In this document: piece after piece, positions 24,417-39,099 of the stretch
How positions within the stretch are numbered: position 1 is the first letter of the stretch
Layout of the letters: each line of letters opens with the position of its first letter
Assembly: GCA_973851085.1 (NCBI GenBank)
Contig: OZ316775.1
Coordinates: 4,898,001 to 4,962,000, forward strand
Length of the DNA: 64,000 bases
DNA from: Ptychomitrium polyphyllum
Lineage: Eukaryota
Direction: 5' to 3'
The notes under the pieces: model-generated
Seen by the model: the letters and a program-made list of their open reading frames with translations, nothing else
Database searches by the model: none
Told to the model about the DNA's origin: nothing
Program-made: the position numbers and the translations under genes

Positions 24417-27400
24417 GCTAGTGGGTGAGCGTGGGCTCGCGCGCCCAGCTCGTTCGCAGGAGGACCTGCCAGTGGAAGGCTGCGGATGCGAGACGCCCTG
24501 CGGGTAGGGACCAGTGAGGCTGAGACCGGTCGAGGGGATCTGAGAGTCCCTGCGACTGCATTGTTCGAGAGAGGGAGGGGTATGGGGCCTCGACGCAGTA
24601 CAGTGATCGCTGGAGATCGCGAGTAAGCGAACGAGCGTGTAGAGCGGGTGATCGAGCAGAGGGAAGTGTTCGTGTGGGAGTTTTTTTCGACATTTCCCAC
24701 CTCGTTGAGGAGATTTTTTAATGTCCCGTTTGGCCGTCTGGATGGCGGTCGCTGTAAATTCTTAGATTCTTTACAATGGAGAAGCGCTGGTTTGGGCCAT
24801 GTTATTGTCACGTGGATATGTTTGATGTTTTTGGTTGATGTTTGATGTTTGATGTTTGATGTTACATGTGAATGTTGTTGGTCGAATGTGTGGTCGCGGA
24901 TCCGAGTGTTTGGAGGTTGTTGAATCCTCGCTGTTTTGTTTGTGTGGGCCTCGTTTTGCTTGGCGTCTGTGGAGCATATTGAAGCTGGTTAGGATTGTTA
25001 GGTTCTCGGGTCAGTTGTGTGTTGGACGGAATTGGGGTTATCGCTATGTGGAGTGGGTCCGAGTTTGTTACAGTTTAGGATGAGGAGGACGTGTTAAAAG
25101 GCCGTCGGATCTGCTGCAGGGGATGATAGGCATTTGCATGTAGGAGGTGTTGTCGAGTTGCTTATTGGTTTTGTACTCCGGTCAAAGCGCTATGGTGTGG
25201 AGCTGGGTGTGTTCGAAGCTGGCGATACAAAGGAATGAGGGGTGGACGTTGTCGGTTTGCGTCAGCTTGGTATTTGTGGTGGTATTCGCAGCTGCGAGAG
25301 GGCCGCTACTGGCAGGTGGTGCGTCTGAGTGGCGCGTGAACATGAACTGGTTACATTGATTGTTTTGAGGGTTCTCTCAATTTCACGGAGTTGATGATTC
25401 GGAGAAGAATTCGTCCTGAAAGTGCGTCTATGAAGGATGCATATTGTTTATTATTTCTGTAAGCAACGATTGCTCGTGGTGGCCGAGGATTCAGCAAGCG
25501 TGGTAGAACTACAGACAGACGTTGTGCAGGTGAAGGTTTTTTTGAAGTCGGTACTTTTATTTTGTGGAATTGTGTTCACTTTGTATTTGACGGAAAAATG
25601 TTTCTTTGAGAAAGAGTTTGGGAATGGAAAGAAGGGCGAAAAAGAGCATGGAAATAGAATGAGCAACAATGAGGAGGATATTTCAACAAGGCCTTTCAAA
25701 ATGTGAAGCAATACTACAATGTACGCTTCAATAATAGAGCAGAGCATTGTTAGTTATAACTTCTCTGGATAATATTGAAGAAGAACACATCTCTTTGTTT
25801 AATTCAAGTTCTAGAGTTTAGAATGTACATTCAAATTGTACGACTCTAATGACTTAGAAAGAGGTGGTTAGGGAGATGTTACATCAAATATAATGTGCTT
25901 ATATTTGATATAAGGGGAATGGATACCAAAAGAAAGGTGATACCACCCAAAGGGACAAGCTCCTTTGCAGCATTCAACCATAGGGAAGGCCTTTAAGTAG
26001 ATCAAATGTGTTTTTTTTCTTTTTTTGTGGCAAGTTTATTTCATTTGTTTCCATGGTGGTTTTGATGAATGAGTCTTCTTTCTAAAAAAAATATCTGTTT
26101 GGTAAATTGTTGACTACCAAACTCATGAAAAACCGCTTGTATTCCAAGAGAGTTGTGGTATTTAATTTTGGACATCATTGTCATTAATCTTGTAACAACA
26201 AGGCCAAAAATTTTAATCCATAATCTTGGTATGGTGGAGACGTCTTTCCATAAATCCAGCGGTTCAAAATCATTAAAAAATTCAAACTTACTAAAAATTG
26301 TATTTTTTTAGTTTTGTATTCTTTTATATTATACAAATGGCTATCTTATGGTCAACATGTCAAATATTTACAAGTTTGCATCTTTTCTATAACATTTTGG
26401 CAATTTCTTATGCTTGATAGATTTTTATAAGGTGATTTTGCTAATGATCACTTTAAAAAGTTACGTGAGCAACAATTCCATTTTGGTATTATAATAGAGA
26501 GCATCTCCATTTTATATCCTAATATTGTACATCCAAGTTGGAGTTTGATGTACAGTCATGAAAACTTCTCCTTGCTCTAGCCAGCTCTTGTTACAATAGT
26601 TGGCATTCTTTAAATGTTAAGCCTCTCGAGCAAAAAAAAGATAACATTTAAAGATCTATAGCATATAACAAATAAAGAAGGTTAGTTTTTAAAAAATCAC
26701 ATTTATATAGATAACGTTAATCACATGTGAAAATTGCAAAAAATAACAATTATCAATAATATGAGGTACATATGGAATAACATAACAATCAAAAAAACTT
26801 CTACCTTAGTGATTGTATTATTGGAAAATACTTATCAATAGTGCTTTGGTGGATGCACTCAATTTGAAGTTTTGCTAAATCCTTTTCAATAGATTTTAAC
26901 TTGGAACTAAGATGATGAATTGTCATGGGATGTTGCTCAAGTTTGGTGTGAATAAATTGAAATGCTTTAGTTACATTTGAAAATTCAACTTTGTAGAGGT
27001 GGTTGCACCAACTTTGTCACTTCATTATTTTTTCATATTACATATACTAATAGAAATATCATATACTAGTAGAAATAACAAAAGTAATATTTATCAATGG
27101 TGGATTTACAAAAGAGAGAACATAGAGTCTCTTAAGTTGTCTAACATTTAACATATAACATTTTTAAGTGTATCTTTTTTGAAAGTGCCAAAAAGATAAC
27201 AATTAGAGCAATACAATGTTTAAAGAAGTAGCATTTAAAGAAGGTTGTCTATATGTTCCAAAATTCTAGGACATAAAAATTAGAATTTGGACAATGTGGA
27301 GGTCTTGGTCTATTTTAAGAAAGGCTTGATAATATGAAGAGGCTAAGTTAGAGATTGAAAACCTTGGAAGCTAATTTATCCTCTAAAAATAAATTAAAGG

Positions 27401-28140
27401 ATTGCTCAGTCTAGACAAATGGATTGCCACCTACATTTGGAGCTTGGGAAGTCATTAAACTCAAGACCACCAATGATCACTTGGGCGTGTGAAATTGTAA
27501 ATAAGATGTTGTTTGAAGAATTTGCATGGTAGGGAGCTAAATGTTATTCTTATGGGGTATGTGTTTTTGATTATCTTTTTTTGAAATTTGGATGGGGCTT
27601 GTGAGTTCAAATTTAATATTACATTATATAGTTTGTAGTGTTTATTTAATGTATTTCAAATGGATTTTTTCTAAAAAATAGAATATATATTTTGTTGAAT
27701 TTTTTTATTTTTTATTTATTCATATTTTATAATGTCTTCTAAATCTATGGTTTTGGTTTTTGGAAATGTGTATGAGATAATTTTATTTTTTTTTGGTTTA
27801 ATTGTATATCATATTTTTGCTTTTTAAAGGATTGAAACCTTGTAGTAAATATCACATATTGTATCAAAATTCATAGATTTAATAATTTTGATAAAAAAGT
27901 ATTCACATCCAATTGCTCTGTCAAAATTTTTTAAGTCCATCATATCAGGTTTTAAATATGGGCACAAACTTAATTAGTAGATATAGTCATTAAAAAATGT
28001 CGTTTTTCATATCTGTATGTGCGTGTGTGCATATGTATGTATGTAAATATATATAACTATATATATTAAATAACAAGACAAAGTTACAATCTCTTTGACA
28101 TCATCTATTATCAAAATGGCAACAAATTTAAGTTTTTGGT

Positions 28141-30947
28141 ACAAGAACTTGGATTAATTTATGAGTGCGTGTATTCAAAATTGTCTTTAAGCAAGGTAAG
28201 ATATGTTGGTTTTAAAATTTATCATTACTTATCCAACTGGTAGCCTACAATATAAACCAAATGTTTTGGTTGAAAGAACTTATTTGGCTCCTAAATCTGA
28301 AGATGAAGTTTTAAATCAACAAAAGATTATTTTGTTGAAGCTACAAAATCTTCAATTGAAAGCAGCAATTATTACCGCAACATTCCATCTTGACAAAATA
28401 TGGACGGCTTTCAGGAATGATGTCTTTCTTTCAAGTATAAGGAAATTCCTCAAAAACAACGTAGATGTTATAAATAATGATGAAGACTTCGAATTTTAAG
28501 AGGGCTTACTTTATTATAAAAGACTTTTGTACCTACTTCCATATCCTTTGCAATAAAGATCCTTCAAGCACATCATAATTTTCTAGCAGCAAGACATTTT
28601 GGATTTAATAAAAAAATGGAGTTGATTGCTAGAGATTATTGGTGGTTACAAATGTAGAAATATGTGAAGGACTTTGTTTGATCATGCGATACTTGTGCAA
28701 GGGCCAAAGTACCAAGACACCAACCTCGTAGTTTCTCCATCATTTGTCTTTAGTGCCACAAGTGCCATGGTTGTCATTGTCAATGGGTTTTATCACGGAC
28801 CTTCCAAACTTCAATTTTAAAGACTCTATCCTAGTAGTGGTGGATTGGTTTACCAAGATGGCGCATTTCAAACCATGAAACAAGACAATGATTAGAGCAG
28901 AAGCTGCCAAGTTGTTTTTAAATCATGTCTATCGCATATATGGACTACCAAATGATATTATAACCAATTGAAGACAACAATTAATTTCCAACTTTTAGAA
29001 GACTCTATTCCAATTGTTGCGCTTAAAGATCAACCTTTTTTCAATATCTAATCTGCAATTTGATGGTCAAATTAAACATGTGAATCTAATTTTGGAGCAA
29101 AACTATTGTTGCAACATATTCTACCAGCAAGACATTTGAATGGGCTTCTTACTTTTGGCAAAGTTTTCTTACAACAATACAATGCATTCTTCAATAATGC
29201 AAAGTCCATCTTTGCAAACTGTAGCCATCATCCTTGAGCAGATGTATTCCAAGTAATACATGTTGGAAGTCTTGCATCAGGAGATTTTGCAACTCAACTT
29301 GATAAACTTTACTAAGAACTTGCTTTCTAGTTACAATAAGCTCAAGATTAGTACAAAATTTATGCAGATTGTCATCGAAAGGACCATCCAAAGTTCAAGG
29401 TTGGAAATAGCATATGGCTCGTATGATAAAACACACAAACAAAAAAACCATTGAAGAAGCTAGACTATCAAAAGTTGGGACCGTTTGCAATCATCAAATA
29501 AATAAATCCTATTAGTTATTGCCTCAAACTACCAACAACTATGAAAATTCATCCAGTGTTCCACGTATTTTTATTGGAAACCTATAATAAGTCATGTATA
29601 CCAAAGAAGGTTGTTTCTCCACTTCTTTTAGGAAAAATCAATAATGAAATGGAGTATGAATTGAAAAGATTTTAGATTCATGCATCAAGAATGGATGTGT
29701 GGAGTACCTTATACATTGGCAAGGATATGGCATCAATGAGCAAATATGGAAACTTTTGATAATTGTAACAAATGCATTTGACAAGATACGCAAATTCCAT
29801 CAAAGATATCATCAAAAATCGAGGTATTGATGAATTGTTATGATAAATCAATAGTTGTTAGTTTTACGGAGAAGATTTATACATTGACAAGTATAAGAAA
29901 AGGAGAGGAATATCCAATCTTCAATTGTATGCAATAATATCTTTAAGATAAATCATTGCTGAATTTTAGTTAATTTGTCAAATCTTTGTATCACTATGGA
30001 TATGCGTGAAGAGTAATCGATGTGCTTTTTTTAAAGGCAACATTTATTGAACCAACTCAACTTTCATGATTAGAGGATCTAGGCCAAGGTATAAGAGAGG
30101 CATTCCAACGTCAATTGCAACCACGTGTAGAAATATTGGCCAATTGTCTTTTACATTCTAGTCTTGATTAAGATGCTCGAGCTCTAGTCATTTTGTTAGA
30201 AATTGGAAGGATCACTCTTGGAAGACCAAAGATCTTGTCTGGAGGGTGTTCTAAAGAACTTAATTAAGATCAAAGGCTAGGCTAAGATATGTCAACAAAC
30301 AAAAGTTTTAGCTCAAGGTCATTGGCACTTCTTACAAGGACCAATTGAATGAGTGGATAAAGAACACTGAGCAAAATATGTTGCTTCTCTTCTTGAATAA
30401 ATTTTGGAATTTGTAGAGATGTGACGAGCAAGCCACAAGAAAAGTTCTTCATGGAACTTGTCACTAAATGAGGAAGTGATGTCACGGACATAGATCATGC
30501 AACATAGTCTCTAAAACCTTTTAGAACCTTCTGGATATAACATAGTAGTTTCTTAGAATACCTTTAATGCTTCCATAGTTGTTCCATTTCTTTAGGAATC
30601 CTTTTAAAAAGATTCTACTATTTCAAGAAACTTCTTAGGAAGGTTCTACCACCTTACGAAACTTCCTAAAAAGGTTTCACCATCTTAGAAAACTTCTTGG
30701 AAAACTTATTTTGACTTCTAGAACATTCTTAAGCATTGTAGAAAACTTTTTTATAAGTATTATAGGAAATACAAGCGTCATAGTATAAATAGGAGGCAAG
30801 ATAAGGTATACCATAATCCTGCCAATACAAATTGTAGAGCATATTGTATTATGCCTTACTCTAGTCATTGTATCAATTCTTGTTAATCATTAACACATTG
30901 GAAGCTAATTTTAGGAAAATAGTTTGTCTTTATTTCTTGTTTCTTAT
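28141..30947 (+). mobile_element. Degenerate family-2 Gypsy fragment (RNase H end, integrase, chromodomain, PPT, 3' LTR from 30480)
   Basis: Homology to 13100-14800 (minus). PPT AAATGAGGAAGTGA followed by TGTCACGGACATAGATCATG at 30480. Confidence 0.85.
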
Positions 30948-33267
30948 AGCATGTGCACTATTTCATAGAAATTAGTAAGGATTAAGTGGAGATATGATTA
31001 TTTGCTAAAAGAATAAAAATAGTAATTTCTTCTTGACCAATTATTATTTAAAGAAATAAGTCGAATTCCTTAAATTGGCTTTAATAGCAAAACATTGCAT
31101 CAATGGAAAAAACACAAAAGAAAGTAGTCTAGTAAGATATTGAATTATAATCTTTTTGTTTTGAAACTTTACAAATTTCAATGCTTAAATAGAATTTATG
31201 TGTATTTTTTAACTTCCTTATTATTTTAAATTTTCTTAAAAATCAATTTAATATTATCAATTTATTTATGAATATGAATGAAGTTAAATTAATGAATGTC
31301 TTATTTTTGGTGCCTATTTCAAGGTGTTCAAAAAAATATTAAAATAAATCAATTATTATCATTTTTAAAGATTTGAAAGTGATTCATTCATTATAACAAG
31401 AAATATCATGCCATATAAAAGTGGACATGTATTGTTTCAATTATAGTTCTGACCATTCTTTGAAAATTGACCAAACAACAATTTTTTATTTGTAACAGTA
31501 GTTGGAAGATGCTGTTTCATAAAAAGAATTTTTTGCAGTGAAATTTATTTTTTGTTAAATGTTTCACCAAGTATTGAATAAATATAGATAGAAAGGCATT
31601 TATAATAGTCATAATAAGGTGCAGGAACTAGTTGCCTGTACATATTTATATATTTTTCAGTAATCCATTATTATATTTAGAGATGTTATTATAACAAACA
31701 TCATTTTTTATGGCGACAAATAACATGTTGATGATTATATCTTCACACATAAGCGAAATATGACTAACAACAAAAGTCTTTTTAAGTCAAAGACTTCATT
31801 GTTTATTATTAATATTACTCACTTTATTAACTATTTGTCATATTTGGATTAAAGTTGATGAAATACATATATTGATAATATTCATAATGACAAAGTCTAG
31901 ACCTTTATCATCAAAAATGACAAATGTATTGAACACAATCACAATAAAAAAAATTCAATCATTCAATATAATATTCAGCATAAATTTTACAAACAATATC
32001 ATTAAAATACAAAAAAGGGTAATGTTATAAATCAGGTATAGGTTAGGTTAGTAAAGAAAGCAAATGCAAAGCTTCTAAAATTCAGCAGAATCTTATTAAA
32101 GCATTTGAACAAACTTTACATGCATATTTAATAAATTATAACTATTTAAAATGTAATGAATTTAAATGTTCTGCAATCATGTATTGCTATTTAAAATGAC
32201 ATCTAACAATATACAAAAGTAGAAAATATTTGCGAAGCTTGAAAAAACATCACTATATCGAAGTTGGGCTTGATTTTAGATGATGATCACTATTAGATGA
32301 TTCAAACAAAAAGATATTTCAAATCGTAATAGTATGCTTCTACAATGTGCGTTGCACGTAACATTTCAAAACCAGACTTGCAATTATTCACACTTTATTT
32401 CAAACTTGAGGACGATTTCAAATGCACAAATGGGTTAATCTACATTGCTTCCTCGACACTGACATTAAGATTTACTTTATGATTAGTTTCTAACCGAATA
32501 AAACTGTAAACACAAGACTTACTTCCACAGCTGTACAATTGAAAAGATTAGGACGTCAGCGTTGATTGAATTAGAATTTTCAAACATATTATTCATCAAT
32601 TCCAAAAAACACAACGCACAAACCAATTGAACTGAGAGTTGAAAGCGTCTACAAGTAGATCACGAATATCACCCATAATTCCTACTTCATGAGGAACAAA
32701 ACCCTTCTACGTAAACCTGAAATGTTCCAGATAGATACTTACAAAAAGCCAATACAACCGTCATTAAACTCCACTTTAATAGTTACTACAGCCTCCACAA
32801 CTCAGAGACACCACAATCAACCTTCAATGTCAAACCATAAACTTCGACGATGATAACAATGGGTAAAATAGTCAGATTCAAGAACCCAACTTCTGCTATT
32901 CAAACACAAAGACAGGTGACACAAATACAAATAAATCAACGTTCGAAACTAAATATCTAAGCAAAACCTCCACAAAAAACTCATACCCCCGAACACCGGC
33001 AAAAGATTACACTATCCGCAAAAACTAACCATGAAAGCCAAAAAAACTATATTCGAAGTCAACAACGGCATATCGAAACAACCAACACAAACAAACAACA
33101 AAGACCAAAAACCAATCACAAAAGCAAATAAAATGACTACACCCAAAATTTGTGCTGACAAAAAAAAAAAGTGATGATTGCTATGCTTTAGCCTTACATA
33201 CACCACAATACAACTCAACTCTCCTTGAGTGCCCATATCATCTCCAATAAAAACACTTTCACCTCTC

Positions 33268-36039
33268 CTCGATCACCCGCTCTACACGCTCGTTCGCTTA
33301 CTCGCGATCTCCAGCGATCACTGTACTGCGTCGAGGCCCCATACCCCTCCCTCTCTCGAACAATGCAGTCGCAGGGACTCTCAGATCCCCTCGACCGGTC
33401 TCAGCCTCACTGGTCCCTACCCGCAGGGCGTCTCGCATCCGCAGCCTTCCACTGGCAGGTCCTCCTGCGAACGAGCTGGGCGCGCGAGCCCACGCTCACC
33501 CACTAGCCTACAGCTCCTCGTGGCTATCCTCCTCGCTGTCCCCGTCCTCCGGTGCGCCGGCCCCGCCAGCCCCACCGGCGGCCTGGTACAGCTTCGTCAC
33601 GATCGGGTTACAGATGCCCTCCACCTCCTTCAGCTTCTCCTGGAAGTCTTCCTTCTCCGCGCTCTGGTTGTCGTCCAACCACTCCAGAGCCTCCTTCATC
33701 GCCGTCTCGATCGTCTCCTTATCCTCGGCCTCGATCTTCTCACCCAGCTTGTCCGCCAGCTGGTTCTTCATGTTGTACACGTACGTCTCCAGGCTGTTCC
33801 GCGCGTCGATCCTCTCCTTCACCTTCTTGTCCTCCTCCGCGAACTCCTCCGCCTCCTGCACCATCCTGTCGATGTCCTCCTGGCTCAGACGACCCTTGTC
33901 GTTCGTAATCACGATCTTCTCCGACTTGCCCGTGCCCTTGTCCTCCGCCTTCACGTTCAAAATGCCGTTCGCGTCGATCTCGAACGTCACCTCGATCTGG
34001 GGAACCCCCCGAGGAGCTGCGGGAATGCCCGTCAGGTCGAATTTCCCCAGCTCGTGGCAGTCCTTCGTCAGACTGCGCTCGCCCTCGAACACCTGGATCG
34101 ACACCGTCGTCTGCTGGTCCTGATACGTCGTGAACACCTGCGACTTCTTCGTGGGAATCACGGTGTTCCTCGGGATCAACTTCGTCATCACTCCCCCGAC
34201 CGTCTCGATACCCAGCGTCAGGGGCGCCACATCCAACAACAGAATGTCCTTCGTCTCCTCGCCTCCCTCTCCGCTCAAAATCCCGCCCTGCACCGCCGCC
34301 CCGTACGCCACCGCCTCGTCCGGGTTCACGCCCTTGTTCGGCTCCTTGCCGTCGAAGTAATCCCTCAACAGCTGCTGCACCTTCGGAATGCGCGTGCTGC
34401 CTCCCACCAGCACGATCTCCTGGATGTCCGTCTTCTGAAGACCGGCGTCGTCCATTGCCTTCTTCACCGGGCCCATCGTCTTCCGGAACAGATCGTTGTT
34501 CAGCTCCTCAAACCTAGCGCGCGTCAGGGGCTCCGAAAAGTCCACGCCGTCGAACAGGGATTCGATCTCCACGCGGATCTGGTGCTGGTTGCTCAGGGCC
34601 CTCTTCGCCCTCTCGGCCTCCCTCCGCAGCTTCCCGATCGCCTTCTTGTCCTTGCCGATGTCCACGTTGTACTTCTTCTTGATCAGCTTAATGAAGTACT
34701 CCATGATGCGCTGGTCGAAGTCCTCGCCTCCCAAGTGAGTGTCGCCGTTCGTCGACAGCACCTCGAACACGCCGTTGTCGATCGTCAGGACGCTCACGTC
34801 GAACGTGCCGCCGCCCAAATCGAACACCAGGATGTTCTTCTCCCCGCCCTTCTTGTCCAGCCCGTACGCGATCGCGGCCGCGGTCGGCTCGTTGATGATG
34901 CGAGCCACATTCAGCCCCGCGATCACCCCCGCGTCCTTCGTGGCCTGCCGCTGGGCGTCGTTGAAGTACGCCGGCACCGTCACCACGGCGTCCTTGATCT
35001 TCTTCCCCAGGTACGCCTCCGCCGTCTCCTTCATCTTGATCAACACCATGGCGCTGATCTCCTCCGGCGTGAAAACCTTCACCTCGCCATCCTTCACCTT
35101 CACCTGGATGTGCGGCTTCCCCTCCCTGTTGATGATCTTGTACGGGAACAGCTTGATGTCCTTCTGCACCTCCTTGTCCTCGTACTTGCGCCCGATCAGC
35201 CGCTTCACGTCGAACACCGTCCGCTCAGGGTTCGCGGCGGCCTGGTTCTTCGCGGCCTCGCCGATCAGCCGCTCGTTGTCCGTGAACGCCACCCACGACG
35301 GCGTGATACGGTTGCCCTGGTCGTTGGCGATGATCTCCACATGCCCGTTCTTGTACACGCCCACGCACGAGTACGTCGTGCCCAGGTCAATTCCGATCAC
35401 GGTGCCCAGCTTCGCCGCCTCCTCCGCCGAGGCGCCATGGCTCGCCACCACGCCGCACGCCAACACCAGAGCCAGCGCCAACAGCGCCCGGCGCCCCATC
35501 CCCATGGTGCCCCAACGACGCCGCAAGCAAGTACTCAATCAATCCCCTGCGCCAATCCTCCCCCAAAACCTAACTCCAGCGACCACCGGCAGCAGCAACT
35601 CCTCCGAAGCGGACAACTTGGAAATGACAACAGCGGCTCTACAGGGATTCTACCAGGGTTCCCCTCCCTCTAGACGACTCCTCCCCGCAACAATGCGGCA
35701 GCGCAATCACAACGAATGCTCCGGCCACAAACACGACGAGCGGCTGACCGCGAGTGGCCATATAGTAGGGCTCACCCGCCTCTCGTTCGTTCTGGAATTT
35801 TCGCTTCGACGCCACTGACTGGAAGTTGGTTGCCCCGGCCCTGTCGGTGTGAAACCACGCGCGCACCCCTGTGCTCTGGTTGGCCCCCGCTGCCCCACAC
35901 CCCGTTATGGGGCGCGCCCATTGGCCGACGGGGACCCCGATCGCGTCACCACCTCCCCGAGCGACCCCATTGGCGGGCACTCGTCAACAACCCACGCGGC
36001 GCTGGACACCGTGGCGGCACCTCCAGCTGCGCAGTGCCA
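33268..36039 (-). repeat. Right arm of BiP inverted repeat
   Basis: Reverse complement of 21885-24656. Confidence 0.95.
33508..35505 (-). CDS. BiP: ER luminal Hsp70 (BiP), intronless, copy 2
   Basis: Translation identical to copy 1; the shadow-frame ORFs also match. Confidence 0.97.
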   Translation of the reverse strand: MGMGRRALLALALVLACGVVASHGASAEEAAKLGTVIGIDLGTTYSCVGVYKNGHVEIIANDQGNRITPSWVAFTDNERLIGEAAKNQAAANPERTVFDVKRLIGRKYEDKEVQKDIKLFPYKIINREGKPHIQVKVKDGEVKVFTPEEISAMVLIKMKETAEAYLGKKIKDAVVTVPAYFNDAQRQATKDAGVIAGLNVARIINEPTAAAIAYGLDKKGGEKNILVFDLGGGTFDVSVLTIDNGVFEVLSTNGDTHLGGEDFDQRIMEYFIKLIKKKYNVDIGKDKKAIGKLRREAERAKRALSNQHQIRVEIESLFDGVDFSEPLTRARFEELNNDLFRKTMGPVKKAMDDAGLQKTDIQEIVLVGGSTRIPKVQQLLRDYFDGKEPNKGVNPDEAVAYGAAVQGGILSGEGGEETKDILLLDVAPLTLGIETVGGVMTKLIPRNTVIPTKKSQVFTTYQDQQTTVSIQVFEGERSLTKDCHELGKFDLTGIPAAPRGVPQIEVTFEIDANGILNVKAEDKGTGKSEKIVITNDKGRLSQEDIDRMVQEAEEFAEEDKKVKERIDARNSLETYVYNMKNQLADKLGEKIEAEDKETIETAMKEALEWLDDNQSAEKEDFQEKLKEVEGICNPIVTKLYQAAGGAGGAGAPEDGDSEEDSHEEL

Positions 36040-38538
36040 AGCTTCTATGAGCTTGGAGGCCGTCGCGTAATGATTTTGGAGTATGTCGGGTGCAGTTTGA
36101 TGAAAATTGGTTCTTGTTTAAAAGAGTGTTTAGGATATTTTGAGGTTTAAATAGGATTTGGTAAGATGTGGTGTTAATTCTTGTCGTGAAGGAGGATTAT
36201 TATTGTTGTAGCGTTGTTTGTTCAAAATATGCAATGCATGTGGCTTAGTCTTTGTTGAATTTTGGAAAGGCATGTAGTTGAAAGAGGAGGTTGAAGGAAG
36301 TAGTTTCTGAAGTAGTTGTAGCATGTTCATTTCTGATCTTTAGTCAATTGCATCAAAGACAATAAGAATCAGTGTTGTAATTATTTTGTATTGAGCTGTA
36401 TATGAATTTTTGAACGCATTTGAAAGTGTATTGTTGATTAGTTGTTCATCTTTGGTTATGCTAGAATCTATGTAAAGGAATTGAAGATTTAGCTAGTTAG
36501 GATTGAGGATAAATGTATATTGTCAAATTTTAATGGTGAAGCATTAATATACTATGAATGTGTAGGTTATATGATGGAGGTTGGTTTCATTTGGAATGGA
36601 ATGTAGTAGTGTAGATTACATGTGTGAGATACATGAAGACTTTTATACGCCATTATGGAGTGATATAGTTTTGTGAATTAATGAAGGGGACATTTGATAA
36701 TAAGTCTAATTTTGTTCAATAATTTTTCATTGGGAAGGAATGTATATAGGGGCTAATAGATGATTCTTTCAAGATCTTTGTTTTAAATGCAAGATATTAT
36801 AGAATCAAAGTGGATTAAGATTGGTGCAAATTTTAAAAGTGTAAGCAACAATAAGTAATTCCAAATTACTTCACGGTTTGTAAATGCCTTGAATCTTCCA
36901 AAGAATGGAGAGTTTTGGATGGATGCATTGGTTTTTTTTTTATTAATTTGGTTGTTAAGTTTTGAATTGAAATGATTTGGTTGATGTTGTATTCATTTAT
37001 GCTTGTATTGCTAAAGTTGAACATAAGAAGGTAATGAAAGAAGAATGTAAGATAAATGATGAAAAGAACAGTATGTTAAAGAAAATAATGTAGTTGAATA
37101 AAGTAATTGCATGGTTCCAATCTTAAATCTACTTCCAAATATTGAAGTTATTACATACATAAAAAAAAATATGGAAGTATGTATATTAGATGTTTACTTG
37201 GATTATACTACTGAGAGAGGTTTTTAGCAACCATAGAATGGCAATTTTATGAGATTATTATAATTTATACAAAGAATTAATTTCAAATTATGAGAGAGAG
37301 TATACTAGCAAGCGCTAATAAGGTAGAAGTGATGAAAGAAGAGAAAATCAATGATTTATGCATTTGGAGATGTTCATTGAATGGTGTTTATTTTAGAAGT
37401 AGGTGAAATTTAAGCACCTAGTTACTATTCTTGAAGTCATATGGCTTGGCTAACAAAAATATATTAGTATAGATGGAAAATTTTAAAGAACTTCTTATAA
37501 CATTAATTCAAAGATAGTCTTAATATTCAAGGATATTGTATAAGATGAGTATGGATGGATCATTTGTACAACAAATCATTTAGTAGGTGATTTATGTAAA
37601 ATATGTTTGAATGTGAGTTACAATTGACTAAGCTTATAACAAGTAAAACGTTTTTGAATAAGATGGGTCTATATCTTGTAATTCTAAAACAACTTTATAT
37701 TATAGTAATTCAAATGAAAATAAAGGTAATAGATTACAAATAGGCGAGTGCTTGGATAAGGATTTATGCCTAGAAGAAGGCCATTCTATTTTGACCAATT
37801 TTGAGCAAATCATGAAAGAAAATTGGATAATTTGAGAAGACATCCTTTTCTAATGATATTTGAAGAATTTTGAAAATCTTGAGAACTTAAAAGATGTTCA
37901 CCACATGCCATTGTAAAGCAAGGTTGCAATTGTAAAAAGGATAATGGCATTCCACACAATGGAAGAAATGAAGCTATTTCTATGAAATTTGTTAGTTTGG
38001 TGGTGGATGGATTTATTTAATTCCAAAACACAAACAACTAAGGACAATCAGAAAGTGCATGGTAGTGAGAAATGTGGAACATGAATGAAAAACGATGGGA
38101 TACTCGACAGGGATGGAACAGATCAGAGGTTTTTGAAAAAACATGCTTTTGGAAATAGAGTGATGTTCCATATTCGTAATATATTAGAAATATTTGCAAT
38201 GACGTCCCATATTAGAAGCGGTTCAAGTGTTGATGACTCCCCAAATTTGCAATCATGCTGTGAGATCTAAAATAGGAAGACTGGATGTTTTCCAGATCAT
38301 CACAAGTGCATTCGGTTGTTGAAGGTTGTGTAATGGATGAGCCATTGCACCTTATGAGGGACATGATGAAATGCCATTCACTATACTGCGTCTATTTTGT
38401 GGAGGACTTAGTGCCACTGTGCCTGTATGGAGAGCCTTCAAAAAGCGTGCACCAAGAACAACGGTCACGTAGGTCCCAAACAGAAGAAACGTCACTGAAA
38501 CTGAACAACCGTCATCAGAATGCCCACAAGTCTCTCGT

Positions 38539-39099
38539 TCATGAACCACGCACTACAACTGATGGCAACAAAACTACGATCAAAACTACGATCAAAACGG
38601 ACATAAAGACGAACGGCGTGCTGAACAGGAACGGCCCAATAATGCACATCCACATCCCACCCAGTTGCGGTGGGCAGCCTAGTAGATGAAACAAGAATAG
38701 CGCTGAAGAACTAATAGTGGCAATATTCAGCATCAGCAACAGCGACGACAAAGGTCCATGCATCCTTGATTTCTAATGTACAAAATTTAGAGGAGCTGAC
38801 AACGATGGAGTGATGGAGACGCCAGCGAACATAGCCCCCAGAAGCAGCGACTGGCAAAGTTCTTGTAACATAACTTGTAGCCAGTTTCGCAGCAGCTCCA
38901 TTTTATCCTCCACAACCTTGTCATACTTTTCCACAATCCCAGAATAGTGATTCTCTGTAACAGAAAAATAATCTCTCTCTTTAAGAGACAAGTTTAGGAC
39001 AGCGTCCGGAGCATCAGTTCGTGTCCTCCCAGTTACATATTCACCGGTTGCAAGGCAGACGCGCCTGCTTGGAAATGATCTCAATAATCTTGGCCCCAT
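38539..39099 (-). pseudogene. Possible multi-pass membrane protein with an in-frame TAG
   Basis: ORFs 38773-39099 and 38539-38763 are in the same frame, separated by one stop. Three to four hydrophobic segments. No family recognised. Confidence 0.3.

Larger units (their letters stand above)
21885..24656 (+). repeat. Left arm of 2.77-kb BiP inverted repeat
   Basis: Reverse complement of 33268-36039; coordinates sum to 57924. Includes promoter, CDS and about 240 bp of 3' sequence. Confidence 0.95.

Noticed and set aside
36100..38270. AT-rich stretch as a Copia or DNA-transposon relic (also 8600-9900, 26000-28100, 31000-33000, 48700-49800)
   Set aside because: No motif, terminal repeat or frame that I could support by eye. 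Needs a repeat-library search.
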